Shown here one piece after another: positions 1-12,100 of a stretch of 64,000 nt of DNA. The stretch's first letter is position 1. Every line of letters starts with the position of its first letter. Under the pieces are notes generated by a model. The model was not told the DNA's origin and searched no databases. It was given only the letters and a program-made list of their open reading frames with translations. The stretch comes from a virus: positions 66,846 through 130,845 of IMG/VR virus record IMGVR_UViG_3300023199_000021. One strand, 5' to 3'. The translations under genes were made by a program, and so were the position numbers.

Positions 1-672
1 AATGGTACCTGTCCTGCTCCGTGGACACTAGCCGCAGCTACCGGTTCTCCGAACTTTGCATCCAACAACGATGCCCCGGTTGGTTCTGGTGGTGTTAACC
101 GTCGTGAAAACATGATCTTCGCTACAACTAATGGTGAAGCAGGCGATGCTGACTACACTCGTCTTCCCGGTGACATTTTTGGTGTTTCCGAAAGCGGTGT
201 GAAGTCTAGTACCTGTCACGTAGCGTCTATCACTGTTTCTACTGACTTGGCTCGTGAAGACCTTTTCGAGCTAGGTGCTAAAAGTCCTTACGCTAAGACT
301 GTTAACTTCCCTGTAGAAGTTACTTGCGATATTGAAGTAACCTCTATCTCAGGTGATCAAGTTACAGCTATCGACGACTGTGGTGGTGCTGCCGCAGTAT
401 GTTCAACTGCTACCAACTTGAGCGACCGTATCATTCGTATCGCTACCTGTGAAGGAACTCGTATCTATCTTGGTGAGAAGAACAAGCTGGCCTCCGTATC
501 TTACGGTGGTGGTGACGCTGGTGGTGGTAACGTAACAGTAACTTACTCTTACACAACCTTCAACGACTTTACAGTTCTTCACTCAAATGACGATTTCAAT
601 GCAGATGGTCAAACTTGGTGGTCAACCCGTTCTGGATATTTAGGTCCAGCCGGTACTACCCAAGATACCTAA
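1..672 (+). CDS. Major tail tube protein (5'-truncated by window edge)
   Basis: Frame is open from position 1 through the 112..672 ORF. Motifs (SITVSTDLAREDLFELG..PY..VNFPVEV, YGGGDAGGGN) resemble tail tube proteins of large phages; it lies upstream of chaperones and the tape measure and is followed by a terminator. Confidence 0.7.
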   Translation, partial: NGTCPAPWTLAAATGSPNFASNNDAPVGSGGVNRRENMIFATTNGEAGDADYTRLPGDIFGVSESGVKSSTCHVASITVSTDLAREDLFELGAKSPYAKTVNFPVEVTCDIEVTSISGDQVTAIDDCGGAAAVCSTATNLSDRIIRIATCEGTRIYLGEKNKLASVSYGGGDAGGGNVTVTYSYTTFNDFTVLHSNDDFNADGQTWWSTRSGYLGPAGTTQDT

Positions 673-691
673 TCAGATATTTGAACAAACA

Positions 692-728
692 TAGGGTTGG
701 GGGGGGGATTTCCCTCTAGCCCTTTTTG
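692..728 (+). terminator. Intrinsic terminator after tail tube gene
   Basis: AGGGTTGGGGGG...TCCCTCTAGCCCT hairpin followed by TTTT. Confidence 0.75.
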
Positions 729-747
729 TTCTCTCAGGACTTTTAGG

Positions 748-1812
748 ATGGATAGTGCAAAAAAGCTCTCTATTTTGAATAGGATTATGACGGGGATGGT
801 GTGTCTTGACATAAATAACACCGTCTACACACTGAATCCGCCCAACAAGCAACAAATAGTTTTGGGTGAATTAGTGTATCGGAACACCCTCAACAATAGC
901 AAGTACAACGATCTTATGACACGAGATCAAGCTGCTGCACTTCTACACAAGCGTCGTATCTGGACTACTGAAAATGATCAGCAGTACGAACAGCTTTCTA
1001 AAACTCTTGATGATTTAAAGGTTGAACTTTATCGTTCTCTTTATAATGATCGCAAAAAAGATCAGCTAAGAAAACGAATCAAACAAGTAACCAACGGTCT
1101 GCATAAAAGTCTAGAAAAGAAATACAGTCTAGACCATATGACTCTTGAGAACCATGCTGAAACAACTAGAGATGAGTTTCTAGCCGCTATCTGTATCACA
1201 GACCCTCATGGTAATCCCGTATACACATACGACAATTACGATAAAAAGGGGAATTATGTACTTCAAAGGTTCCTAAATTACCTGATGAAGAATATAATAA
1301 CTGTAGAAGAATACAGAGAAATAGCTAGGGCAGACCCGTTTAGATCAATGTGGATGATAGGTCAGGCAAGTGTTTTTGATGTTCCTTCTTGTCTACTTTC
1401 AATAGAGCAAAAATCTTTGATTATGTACTCTCGTATGTACGATAACGTATATGAGCATATGGAGAGGCCCTCAGACGAGGTTATTGAAGATGACGATATG
1501 CTTGACGGATGGTTTATCCAAGAGCGTCGTGAGGCCGACAAGGAACGCAAGAAGAAAGAAATCGACAAGCTTATGGAAGGTAAGGGTGCCAACAAGCATG
1601 GTGGTAATGGTGAATTGTTTGTTGTTGCTGAAACCCAAAAAGAAGCTGACAAGATTCGACAGCTTAATGACCTTAACACAAACATGAAAATGAAACAAAG
1701 AGATCAGGCCCTTAGAGAAAAGGGTAGATTAGAAGAACATCAATTGCCAGATGTTCAACTGGAACTAAGAAACAAAGCTATGAGGCAAATAGCGGATAGA
1801 GGAAAGAAGTAA
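748..1812 (+). CDS. Putative tail assembly chaperone-like protein
   Basis: Long ORF between tail tube and tape measure; start moved to ATG 748 (MDSAKK), downstream of the terminator; DDDMLDGW motif, coiled-coil. Confidence 0.5.
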   Translation: MDSAKKLSILNRIMTGMVCLDINNTVYTLNPPNKQQIVLGELVYRNTLNNSKYNDLMTRDQAAALLHKRRIWTTENDQQYEQLSKTLDDLKVELYRSLYNDRKKDQLRKRIKQVTNGLHKSLEKKYSLDHMTLENHAETTRDEFLAAICITDPHGNPVYTYDNYDKKGNYVLQRFLNYLMKNIITVEEYREIARADPFRSMWMIGQASVFDVPSCLLSIEQKSLIMYSRMYDNVYEHMERPSDEVIEDDDMLDGWFIQERREADKERKKKEIDKLMEGKGANKHGGNGELFVVAETQKEADKIRQLNDLNTNMKMKQRDQALREKGRLEEHQLPDVQLELRNKAMRQIADRGKK

Positions 1813-1813
1813 C

Positions 1814-2137
1814 ATGAATTCAAACTACAATGATTTCTCTAAGAAAAGATTGTTGAACAATCTAAAGAAGAAATTCAACACAACAATCATTGGTTCTCTG
1901 GCCGTGTTTGAAGAAATCTTTGGTCATCTGTGGGGACACGGACTGCCATATGACCAGCTAACCGATGAACAAAAAGAATTGCATCAGGCTTGGAAACAAG
2001 CTAGGACTAGAATTTTAGATTCCGGTAATTCGAATCTGAGAGCCGCACAAAGCGAACTAGCTCAATATTCGTTCCATTGGAATCGCTATGTAACTCACTT
2101 TGAATTAAAGGGTAATCAGGAGAACGACAATGCCTAA
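1814..2137 (+). CDS. Hypothetical phage protein (tail module)
   Basis: 107-aa ORF tightly coupled to its neighbours. Confidence 0.65.
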   Translation: MNSNYNDFSKKRLLNNLKKKFNTTIIGSLAVFEEIFGHLWGHGLPYDQLTDEQKELHQAWKQARTRILDSGNSNLRAAQSELAQYSFHWNRYVTHFELKGNQENDNA

Positions 2138-3056
2138 AGTTGACAAACTAGAAGATCGTAGGGTATTCACTGTTGAAGGCAAAGGGTATGCAGTAAGAAT
2201 GCCTACAATGCAGGAATTAGTAAAGGCTAATGAGCTTCGTAGAAAGACATTCAACGAAGAACTGACAGCGGGAACTTTACTGCGTGACCAACTCGACGAA
2301 GAACTTCGTAAGAGAAAATTGTGGTCAGATGACCGTGAGGCCAGATATCAGGCACTACGTCAAGAAGTAATTGACGCCGAATATCAACTGGCTCGTGGTG
2401 GTATTTCCTTGAAACAAGCCAAGGATATTGCCATTAGTATGAGGCGTAAGCGTCAAGAGATGGTAGAAATGTTGTCGTCTCGAACAGACCTAGACTCCAA
2501 TACTTGTGAAGGTAAGGCTGATGCTATTCGCTTTAACTTTCTTTTTGCCAATTGCTTGGTGTATAATGATACGGAGGAACCTTACTTTAAGCAAGGTTTG
2601 AACGAATATATGCTCCGTCAAGAAGACCCTGTGGCATTGGTTGGAGCGAGTGAGTTCTTCTACCTTATCTCCGAGACAGATGATGTAGACTCCAAACTTC
2701 CAGAAAACAAATTTCTAAAGAAATATAAGTTTGCCAACGAGAACTACCATCTGGTAGATGAAAGTGGTCGTTTGGTAGACACTGACGGAAAACACATTGA
2801 TGAAATGGGCAACTACATCAAGTGGATTTCTGATGAAGAATACGTAAAAGTGGACGTTGATGGTCGTGAGATCGACGAGCAAGGCGAGTTCATTGTAGAG
2901 CATGAGCCTTTCCTAGATGATAGCGGTAAGCCCATCGACGAATCAATTTACGAAGAAAAAGAAGAAGAACCAGAGGCCGAAGAAGAAAAACCAAAGCCCA
3001 AAAGACGGACACGCAAAAAGGCTACTGCATCTAAAGGAAATGAAGACGCAGAATAA
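2130..3056 (+). CDS. Putative tail assembly chaperone
   Basis: 308 aa, immediately upstream of the tape measure; shares L.KR..W..D/E region with 748..1812; acidic/basic tail. Confidence 0.5.
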   Translation: MPKVDKLEDRRVFTVEGKGYAVRMPTMQELVKANELRRKTFNEELTAGTLLRDQLDEELRKRKLWSDDREARYQALRQEVIDAEYQLARGGISLKQAKDIAISMRRKRQEMVEMLSSRTDLDSNTCEGKADAIRFNFLFANCLVYNDTEEPYFKQGLNEYMLRQEDPVALVGASEFFYLISETDDVDSKLPENKFLKKYKFANENYHLVDESGRLVDTDGKHIDEMGNYIKWISDEEYVKVDVDGREIDEQGEFIVEHEPFLDDSGKPIDESIYEEKEEEPEAEEEKPKPKRRTRKKATASKGNEDAE

Positions 3057-3078
3057 TAGCCAACGGTGACATTTGGAT

Positions 3079-3123
3079 AAGCGATCTATGTTGAATATTA
3101 CTTTCAAGGTAGGTCGCTTTTTG
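3079..3123 (+). terminator. Hairpin/intrinsic terminator before tape measure gene
   Basis: AAGCGATCTAT...GTAGGTCGCTT followed by a T-run. Confidence 0.6.
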
Positions 3124-3140
3124 TTTATGAGGTAATATAG

Positions 3141-6100
3141 ATGGCATTCAATATCAATGCACAAGTGGTACTAAGCGGTCCTAAGAATCTGCAAAAGGTA
3201 AGAAGTTCTATTCAGAACCAATTATCTAATGTTTCTGTACCAGTTAAGATTCAGATTTCCAAGAATGCAGCCTCACAACTTGGTACTTTCAACAAGCAAT
3301 TTACTGCCCTTAATGCAAACTTGATAAAAGTAGGCGGTAGTGCAAAGAAAGCTACCGCCTCTCTAAGTGCTTTGGGAAATGCCGCATCTAAGATCAACAA
3401 CGTAAGCTCAAAGCTGAGCGGTGCGAGTAAGCAGGTCAATACTAATCTGGCCCAAACTCAAAAGCAAGTAAAGGCTACCGCTGGTGAGATTGAAGCATTC
3501 GGTAAGGATGCTGCTTTGGCTATTCGTAGATTTTCTGCGTTTACCATCGCTACCGGTGCGATCTTTGGTTTCGTAAGAGCAGTTCAAAATGCTACAAGCG
3601 AAGCTATTAAGTTCGAAAGAGAATTAGCACGTATTGTTCAGGTTACAGGTGCTACAGGTCGAGAATTGCAAGGTCTACAAAAGACCGTTGATGTATTATC
3701 TGTAGGTCTTGGTTTGGATGCTAACCGTTTGCTTGAAGTATCTCGTATCTTTGCTCAAACCGGTCAATCTGTTGATCAAGTTCGTAAGTCTCTTTCTGCT
3801 GTAGCTAGGGCGTCTCTTGCTCCTACTTTTGGTGATATCAAAAAGACTACCGAGGGTGTTATTGCTGCGTTGAACCAGTTTAACTTGTCTGCCGATAGAG
3901 CAGAGAGTGTTCTTGGTTCTTTGAACGCTGTATCTAAAAGCTTCGCTGTTGAAGCGGACGACTTGATTTCTGTTATCCGTCGTGCTGGTGGTGTGTTCGC
4001 TGCGTCCACAAAACAGCTAGGGGCACCGGAAGAACGTCTACGTGAATTGATTGGTATCTTCACCGCTGTTCGTTCTACCACTCGTGAAACAGCCGATACC
4101 ATTGCTACTGGTCTTCGTACTATCTTCACTCGTATTCAAAGACCTCGAACAGTTAAGTTCCTAGAACAGTTCGGCATTCAATTACGTGCTACTGCTCAGG
4201 ACGCTAAAGACTTAGGTATTGCCCAAGGTGAGTTCGTTGGTATCTTTGAAGCCTTCCGCCGTATCTCTCAAGAGATTGACTCACTTGATACTTTATCCCT
4301 TGCTAAAGTAGTTGAAGAACTTGGTGGTATTCGTCAGGTAGGTAAGTTGCTGCCTGCGTTGCGTGAATTTGAAAAAGCAGAACGTGCTAGAGGCGTGGCT
4401 CTTGCTGGCACTGAGAGTATCAGTAAGGACGTTGCTATTGCTACGCAAACACTTCAAGTTCAAATAGAGCAATTGAGAGAGCGATTCCAAAAGTTCGTTC
4501 GTGATGTTTCTCAATCTGCTACTTTCCAAAATCTAGTCAAGTTCGCATTAAGTACTGCTAATGCCTTCATTACTTTGGCAGACGCTCTACGTCCAGCCTT
4601 GCCTCTGTTGACAGCTATTGCTGGTGTTAAACTAACTAGTGCCGCATTTGATTTTGCCAGAGGTTTCATTGGTGGTGTTAGAAAAGGTGGTGGTGCAGGT
4701 GGTGTTGGTGGAGCATTAGGTTCTGTAGTAATTGGTGGTGGCGGTGGCGGTAGTGCTGCTGCGGCTGCTACACAAAAGCAAACACAAAGTACAGTAGCAT
4801 CTAATACTCAGGCCGTATCTGCAAATACTACAGCCGTTAATACATTGAACGGTACTGTCAAGCTATTAAATACTACAGCAAACAATCTTGTTGCCCAAGG
4901 TAAAGCTGTGGCTGCATCTGCTGGCAATCTTGTATCTTCTCTTGCTAAGCTACCAATCACACTAAAGACAGCATTGGCTGGATTGGGTGGTTCTGGTGCT
5001 ATTAGATTCAGACGTGGCAAGGGAGGTAAGATTCCTAAATTTGCCAAAGGTGGATTTGTAAATGGTCCTTCTCACGCACAAGGCGGTGTAGTTGCCGAAC
5101 TCGAGGGTGGTGAGTTCGTAGTACCGAAAGATCGAGCTAAGAAGTTTGCCGCTGGTGGTATTGTTAAGCAATCACAAGTAGGTATCGTTTCCGCTGAATT
5201 CATTGATCCGATCAAAAAATTCCCCACTGTTTCTACTACTTTGGCACAGGTTTTAAAATCTGGTCGTGTCAAGGGCGGTGGGCAATCATTAAATGATGCT
5301 GCGGCTGATGTGTATAAGTCTGCAAAGGTTGCACTAACTCCTCGTGGAGTGCCAATGTCGGATATCAAACAAGCGTTGGGCACAAGCAAAACAGCATTTA
5401 AGTTTGATGGTATAATTGAAGGTGTAGGTAAAGACGAAGAAAAGATGTTTAGCAAAGCCTTTAACAATGGTGTTGAAGGAGCTTTACAGGGTGCCGGTAG
5501 TAAGATTGCTAACTTTGTTGGTACCCCCGTACCTAATTTTTCACAAGTGGGTGCTGATCAGGATTTCTATAAGAACTTCGACGCTGGCTTCAAAGGCCTA
5601 CTATTTGAGAACGTATTGAGTGCTTTGGGTGGGCAACCACTTCTTGCAAAAAATAAGAACAGACCGTTTGACTTTGTTGATGGGTTATCAGAAGCGGTTA
5701 GAAAACCATACAGCAAGACTGTATCTCAAGGTATTCAATATGTAGATGCTAAGGTTACTGCACAGTCAGCTAACCCTAAAGAATTACCAAAGAAAATTGT
5801 AAACCAAATCGCGGAAGATGCGTTAGCTAGACTACCCGCTGTAGTTGCTGCCAAGAAAGCTCAAGGTGCAATTAAGAAGGCAACCGGTGGTCCTATTGTT
5901 GATTCTGAAAACAGAATGGCAGATGTTGCTATCTCTGACGGAGAACTTATTGTTCCTCCTAGCGAAGCCAAAAGAAACTTGGGATTGTTACAGAGAGCAA
6001 ATCGTGGTTTCTTTGTTGGTGATCTAGTTAACAAACTTCCTAATTCCTATATTGCAAAGGGACCGGGAACCGGTACGTCCGACAGTATTAAGACAGAACT

Positions 6101-9100
6101 ACCACAGGGTACGTTTGTTGTTAATGCAAAAGATACTGAAAGAATATCTAACCAAACAGGCTTTGCGGCTGGTGGTCGCGTATCTAAGTTTGGTATAGGT
6201 GGTTCTGTTAAGAAAAGAGTACCACTTCAAGGTGGAGGTATCTTAGGTGCGTTGGGCAGTGGCAAAGGTGCTACCGGAATTCTACAAACTGTAGCCAATG
6301 TGTCTCTAGTAGGTGGTGTTATTTCCAGTCTTGATTTTAGTTCCTTTGAAGGACTAATCAACGGTGTGCTTGCCGCTGCAATTCCTCTTTCTCTACTATC
6401 TCAAAACGCCAAGAATGCAGGTGAAAGTCTTGAAGAAGCTGCCGCTAAAGGTGCCGATGCTGTTAATGATCTAGGTGCTGCTGCTGAGCAAACCGCACAA
6501 AGACAAAGAAGTGCTAACTTCGGTCGTGATGATGTAGAAGCGAGACTACGTGCCGCTAGAATTCGTGAAGCCAACGGTGGTGTCGGTGTCCTTGAGTCTG
6601 ATCTTGTACAAAGACAAGCAGCTAGAGATCGTCGTGCTGCACAACTAAGAAGAATCAGGGCACAACGTCGTACAGGTGGTGTGGTAGAAAGTGACCTAGT
6701 AGGTTTGGATGAACTTGATCGTGATCAAAGAGCAGCCAGAAGAAGAAGTCGCCGTAGAAGGCTAGGTAGAGGTAGCGTAACCAATAGGCTTGCTGCCGCT
6801 AGAGGTCGTACAGGTTTGGGTGGAGCCAGAGTCGGTCGTTTAAGTCGAGTTGGTTCTAGACTTGTCGGTGTTCGTGGCCTTGGTGGTTTTTCTAAGTTGG
6901 CACCTGTTTTGAATAAGTTAGGCCCTGCTCTTGCAAAAGTTGGTCGTGGGGCATTAAGCGGTCCCGGTGGTATTGCTGCTGCTGCATTGGCACTTGCTGT
7001 TAATCCTATTACTGATGCTATTGCTAAAGGCTTTGTAGGTGCTGCTAAAGACATTAATGGAACACGAGGTTTTACTGCGGGTCAAGGTGGTCAAACTACA
7101 GCACAAACTATTGGTGGTATCAAAGGTGGTGTCGGTGGTGCATTAGGTGGTGCTGCAATTGGTGGTGTTATTGGTAGTGTTATTCCCGGTATTGGTACTG
7201 CTATTGGTGCTGCTGTTGGTGCTTTGATTGGTGGTGTAACAGGTACTCTTACAGGTGTATTCACAGCGTTCAAAGAACAAGCTAAGTTTGAAGAACTAGA
7301 AAAGCTACAAAAGTCAAGCAAGACATTGAACGATGCATTTGACAAGCTTTCCGGTGAAGGAATCAAAAATGTAAATACACTTGAGCAAGTTGCTGAGGCT
7401 AGTAGTGATCTAACCAGACAGATTGTAAGTAGTGCTTCTGCTTTTCAAAACATCGCAGACAATTCTGGAAGAAACTTCTTCGGAGACAATCTTTTCGGTC
7501 AAACCGTTGACGGTCTAAGTAAGCTAAGCCAAGTAATTGGAACTGGAACCACGCTGGTTGAAAAGGGCTTTATTGCTTTAGATAGTGTTCTAGCTGCTGG
7601 TGGTGCAACCGCAGTCGGTGCCCTTGTTCCTATCATCGGCCCTCTGATTGGTGCTGGTATCGGAGCTATTTTTGATGCTATCAATCCCGACATTCAAGCA
7701 AATGCTCAAAGAAGACTAAATCAAAGAATTGGTATCTCTAACACTGTAGGTACAGCCAGAGGGTTTAGTGTTTCTCTAGAAGCTATTCCTCAAGAGGTAT
7801 TTGATAAGGCCGATGAAAACTTCAATAGGCTAGGCCAAACAATTCTAGATTCTATTCCTTTGGATAATTTGACTGGTATTGTGGCACTTGGCCCAGATGC
7901 AACCTTTGACGAATTGACTACCGCACTAGAATCAGCGGGAGATAATAGCGAAACATTTAGAAAACAACTGGAAGCATATAAGTCTCTACAAGGTGTTCAA
8001 ATTACTAAAGAGGCCAAACAACTTATTGCTGCATTCGATGCTTTAAGTCAAGGCAATCAAAAATTACAACAAAGCTTTGCTATTGGTACTGCTTCTGCTA
8101 GTAAATTCCTATCTACTTTCCAAGAAACAGGTAGTCTATTAGAAGCTAATGCTGCCGGTGGAGAAGCGTTCATTAAGAGCCTTCAAGCTAGAACTAGTGC
8201 CGCTGGTCAAAGACTTGACTTCAATGTTAACGATTTGTTTTCTGGTGGTTTTGAAGAACTAGCACAAACAGTAACAGACGCAGGCAATGGTAATCAGGAA
8301 GCCGCAGCTAAGATCGCACAGTTGGCCGCTGCTACCGATCAGAGTGCAGATGCTATTACTACAACAGTAAGCAAGTATGCCGCATTCACCCAAGCTAATA
8401 GAGAACAAGCTACTGCTCAAGCGGTTGCTATTGCAAAACAAAGAATCATAAACGATCTACTGAAAGCCTCAGCTCAAGGACTTGATGCCTTGGCCGCTGC
8501 CTTGCAAGGTCTAGTTTCAGCTACACAAAATGCCGTATCTGATTTCTCTATCTCATTAAGCAATATTGAGGCAGAAGTATCCAGAGTTCTATCTACAGAG
8601 CAATCAGTACAAGCCAACCAAAGAGCCAATGTATTTACCAACGGTGGTGCTGGAAGATCACTTGGAGAATTGACAGCCGGTGTTGAAAGAGTACGATCTG
8701 GACTAGGTGGTGACGCTTCTGCGTTTGCTGACCTACCAAGTACTGTACAATTGGGCCAAGCATTACCGAAGGCTTTGAAAGACACAATCGACGAGCTAGA
8801 AAGATCGGGCGAACGAATTGACCTAAATACTTTCCAAGATAGGTTGATTACTAAGATTCCCGATTTCAATCAGCTTTCTAAAGTAGTACAAACACAACTA
8901 TTAAACAACATTGAAGCTGCGTTTAGTGGTGCTAGACAAGGTGCGGACTTAGGTGCCGAAGGTATCAGTAAGCTTCTGGAAGAAGTTGGAAACCTAGATC
9001 AGTTCGTAGAACTAAGTGGTCAGGCTGCTTCTGCATTAGAAGAAGTAACCGCACAACTTAACTCCTTCAATTCTGCTGTACTTCAAGCTGTTAATCTACA

Positions 9101-12100
9101 GATTCAAGCCACCCGTCAAAGAGTAGATGCTGAACTTAGCATCCTAGAAAAGAGAGAGGCTGCTACTGATAGATTCGCTAAGTTTGAAGCAAGAAGCACA
9201 GCCGAACTTGCTAGAGCTAGACAAAGCTTGAACCGTGAGATCACTACTCTGCTTGACGCAGGTGGTGCTGGTAGTACAAGTGTACAAACTGTTGATGCAG
9301 CGGGCAATCCTGTTACTACTAATCTTGCTACCGTTGGTGGTGGAGATTTGTTGTCTAGGAGAGAAGGTCTTGAAGATATTAGAAGCCAGCTATTACAGGC
9401 CATTAGTGAAAGAACTGGTGTTGATCCTACAGATACAGCCGCTCTTGCTTCTCTTGATCTTCCTGAGATTGATCAACTACAAACAGAGTTGGCTAATGTT
9501 ACTTCTGCTTTGGAAGGAACTAAGAAGTCAATTGATGTATTGGCAAACGATACAAGAATTCTTACTGCCGTTGAGAATAAACTAACTTCAATTCAAGAGT
9601 CTCGTCTAACCGGTAGACAACGAGTTACCGCAGCATTGAGTCAATTGGCTAATGCTAGAACTCCAGAAGAACGAGCTAGAATCGTTAGTGAGATTCAACG
9701 TCCGGTATTGGCTGCACGTAAAGTAAACCAAGGTCAAGGTCTTAACCTACAAGAGTTTGCATCATTTGCTCAGTCTCTTGACGAGGGTGTTAATGGTGTG
9801 GCTGGAGAACTGTTGCGTAGAGGTAATCCCGGCATCAGCGAAGAAGACCTAGCTAGACTGGTAGATCAAAGTCGTGCTAACTTGCAAACCGGTTTCTTGA
9901 GAAACGTAGCACCTAACGCTGTTGGTCGCGGACTTGGTTTCGATAACTTTGCTGCTGATGTTATTTTCAATCCTCAAGGTGCTTCAACCGAGGCCGCTGG
10001 CCAAACCCCAGAAGAAAAGAGACTTCTAACTATTAAGGATCAAATCCTTAAAGTACAAGAAGATTTGATTAGAGGTACAGCAGATCAAAATGCTAAGTCC
10101 ATTGCCGATCAACAGGCTATCCTAAGAGATCAGTTAAGCAAGACTAAGAGTAGTCTAGACGCTGCTGCCGAAGCATTCAAGAGACTAAGAGAAGAACAAG
10201 AAGAACTTGTGGTAATCTCTCAGGCTCGTGCTGCCCAATTGAAACAATCTCAAGCTGCCGCTGAATCCAGAGAGGCAGAACAGGCTTTGAGTAAAATCAA
10301 TGAAGAAGTAGCTAATCTTCGTGAACAAGCCGCGAATCTAGACCCAGCAGACGTTTCCAGAAGACAACAAAATTTGGGTACTGCGTTAGGTCTTGCTACT
10401 GACTTTACAGCCCAGATTAGTAGAAACAAAGAAAATCCACTATTGGAATTTACTCAACAACTAGCGGGTTCAAGATTTGCACGTCCAGAAAATTCTTTCT
10501 TGCGTGACTCTGCATTTATTACCAGAGCGGTTGGTGCTGGCACTGGTGACAATACAAACTTTAATGCATTATCTAGTGAGCAAATTGCTAACCAGAAAGT
10601 ATTGTTTAGAGATTTGGCATCACAAATTTTGCCTGATGATCCTCTTGGTGCTGCTAATCTTGGTCAACAAATTGCAGATAGACTCGACGATATTAGAATC
10701 GGCCAAGACACTATAGCTCAAAACTCTGAAACAGGTCAGGTTGTTAAGGCTATCATTGCAGAGAATATTATTCCTGCTTTGAGAACAGCACAAACCAATC
10801 TTGGCGATCCAGAACAAGTAAGACAACAACTTCAAGAAGTAAATGCTAAACTGGCAGAAGCAAATACTAGACAAACAGAGCTTCAAGAAAGAGCTACTGG
10901 TTCCAGAACAGAGGCAGCTTCGGCTACCGCAACAGCAGAACTATTAACTGCACTTAAAAGAACCTCTAAGGATTCTAATGCTAGATTGACAGATAGACAG
11001 TCAGCAGCGTTGGGTCTATTCCAAGGTGACGGTGCGAATGCTGCCGGTGCAATTCAAGAGCTAACTGGTTTCCAAGTAACAGCTAACGAAACCGCACAGA
11101 TTTTGGAAACTCTGAAAGAAAAAGGTAACGCATTCCAGCAAAGTCTGGATGCTATGACTCAATCAACAGAGCAAAATACAACGGCCCAACAACAGCAACA
11201 GCAACAGGTTCAAAGAGATACTACTCCTGTTACTTCATCAACTCCTACCACTGTTCCAACAGCACCAGACACAACAATCAGATCAACACCTGATCCTGCG
11301 ATTGTTGCCGGTGTCGCCGCAATGGTAGGTAGAGCCACTGGCCCAATAGCAAGACCTGCTTCCGACCCTGCTCCCGATTCAGATGCAGCATTGTTAGGTG
11401 CTAGTGTATTAACTCCTAGACAACAAAGGCAACAAGCAATACAACAACAACGCGAGGCTAAAAGACAACAGTTTGAAGAACAACGTAACGCAAGACGTGA
11501 GGCTTTTGAAGCACCACGTAGGGAAAGACGTGAGATTGGTCAATTCCAATCCTTACAGTCTACAGTTGGAAGTCAACAGTCTGTTGAACAACTGATTGCT
11601 AAAGCGTCTGCTGGAGTGGAACAGCTAAGAACTAGTGGTGATACACCTGCTCAAGATCGTGCAATTGCTAATCTTCAAAGACTAGAACAACGTCGCGATT
11701 CTTTGGGAAGACGTAGAACAGCATTAGAGAACAACCTAGCTACTGCTACAGCCAGCAATCCTCAAAGTGCTGCTGGTCAAGCATTGTTTGGTTCTGTGCG
11801 TCAACGTACTGCCCAAGAACAACTGGCCTTTGTTAACAGATTTGAAGGACAAGAAAGACAGCAGGTTGCTCAAAGACTACTTCAAGGTCAAAACAATCAA
11901 CTGACTGGTCGAGAAAGACAACGAGTATTGAGTATTGCAGAAAATGGACTTACAAGAGTAGAAGCCGTTCGACAAGGTTTGGATAATACATTTAATACCT
12001 TTGCTGAAACACTACAGAATAATCCATTCGTTGCTGGTGTACAACAAGCAGCAGATAAACTTGCTGCCTTGCCTCAACTACAAGTTGCTTTGGATGCCAA

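Noticed and set aside
748-3056. Programmed G/GT tail-chaperone frameshift
   Set aside because: ORFs have their own starts and no convincing slippery site was identified by eye
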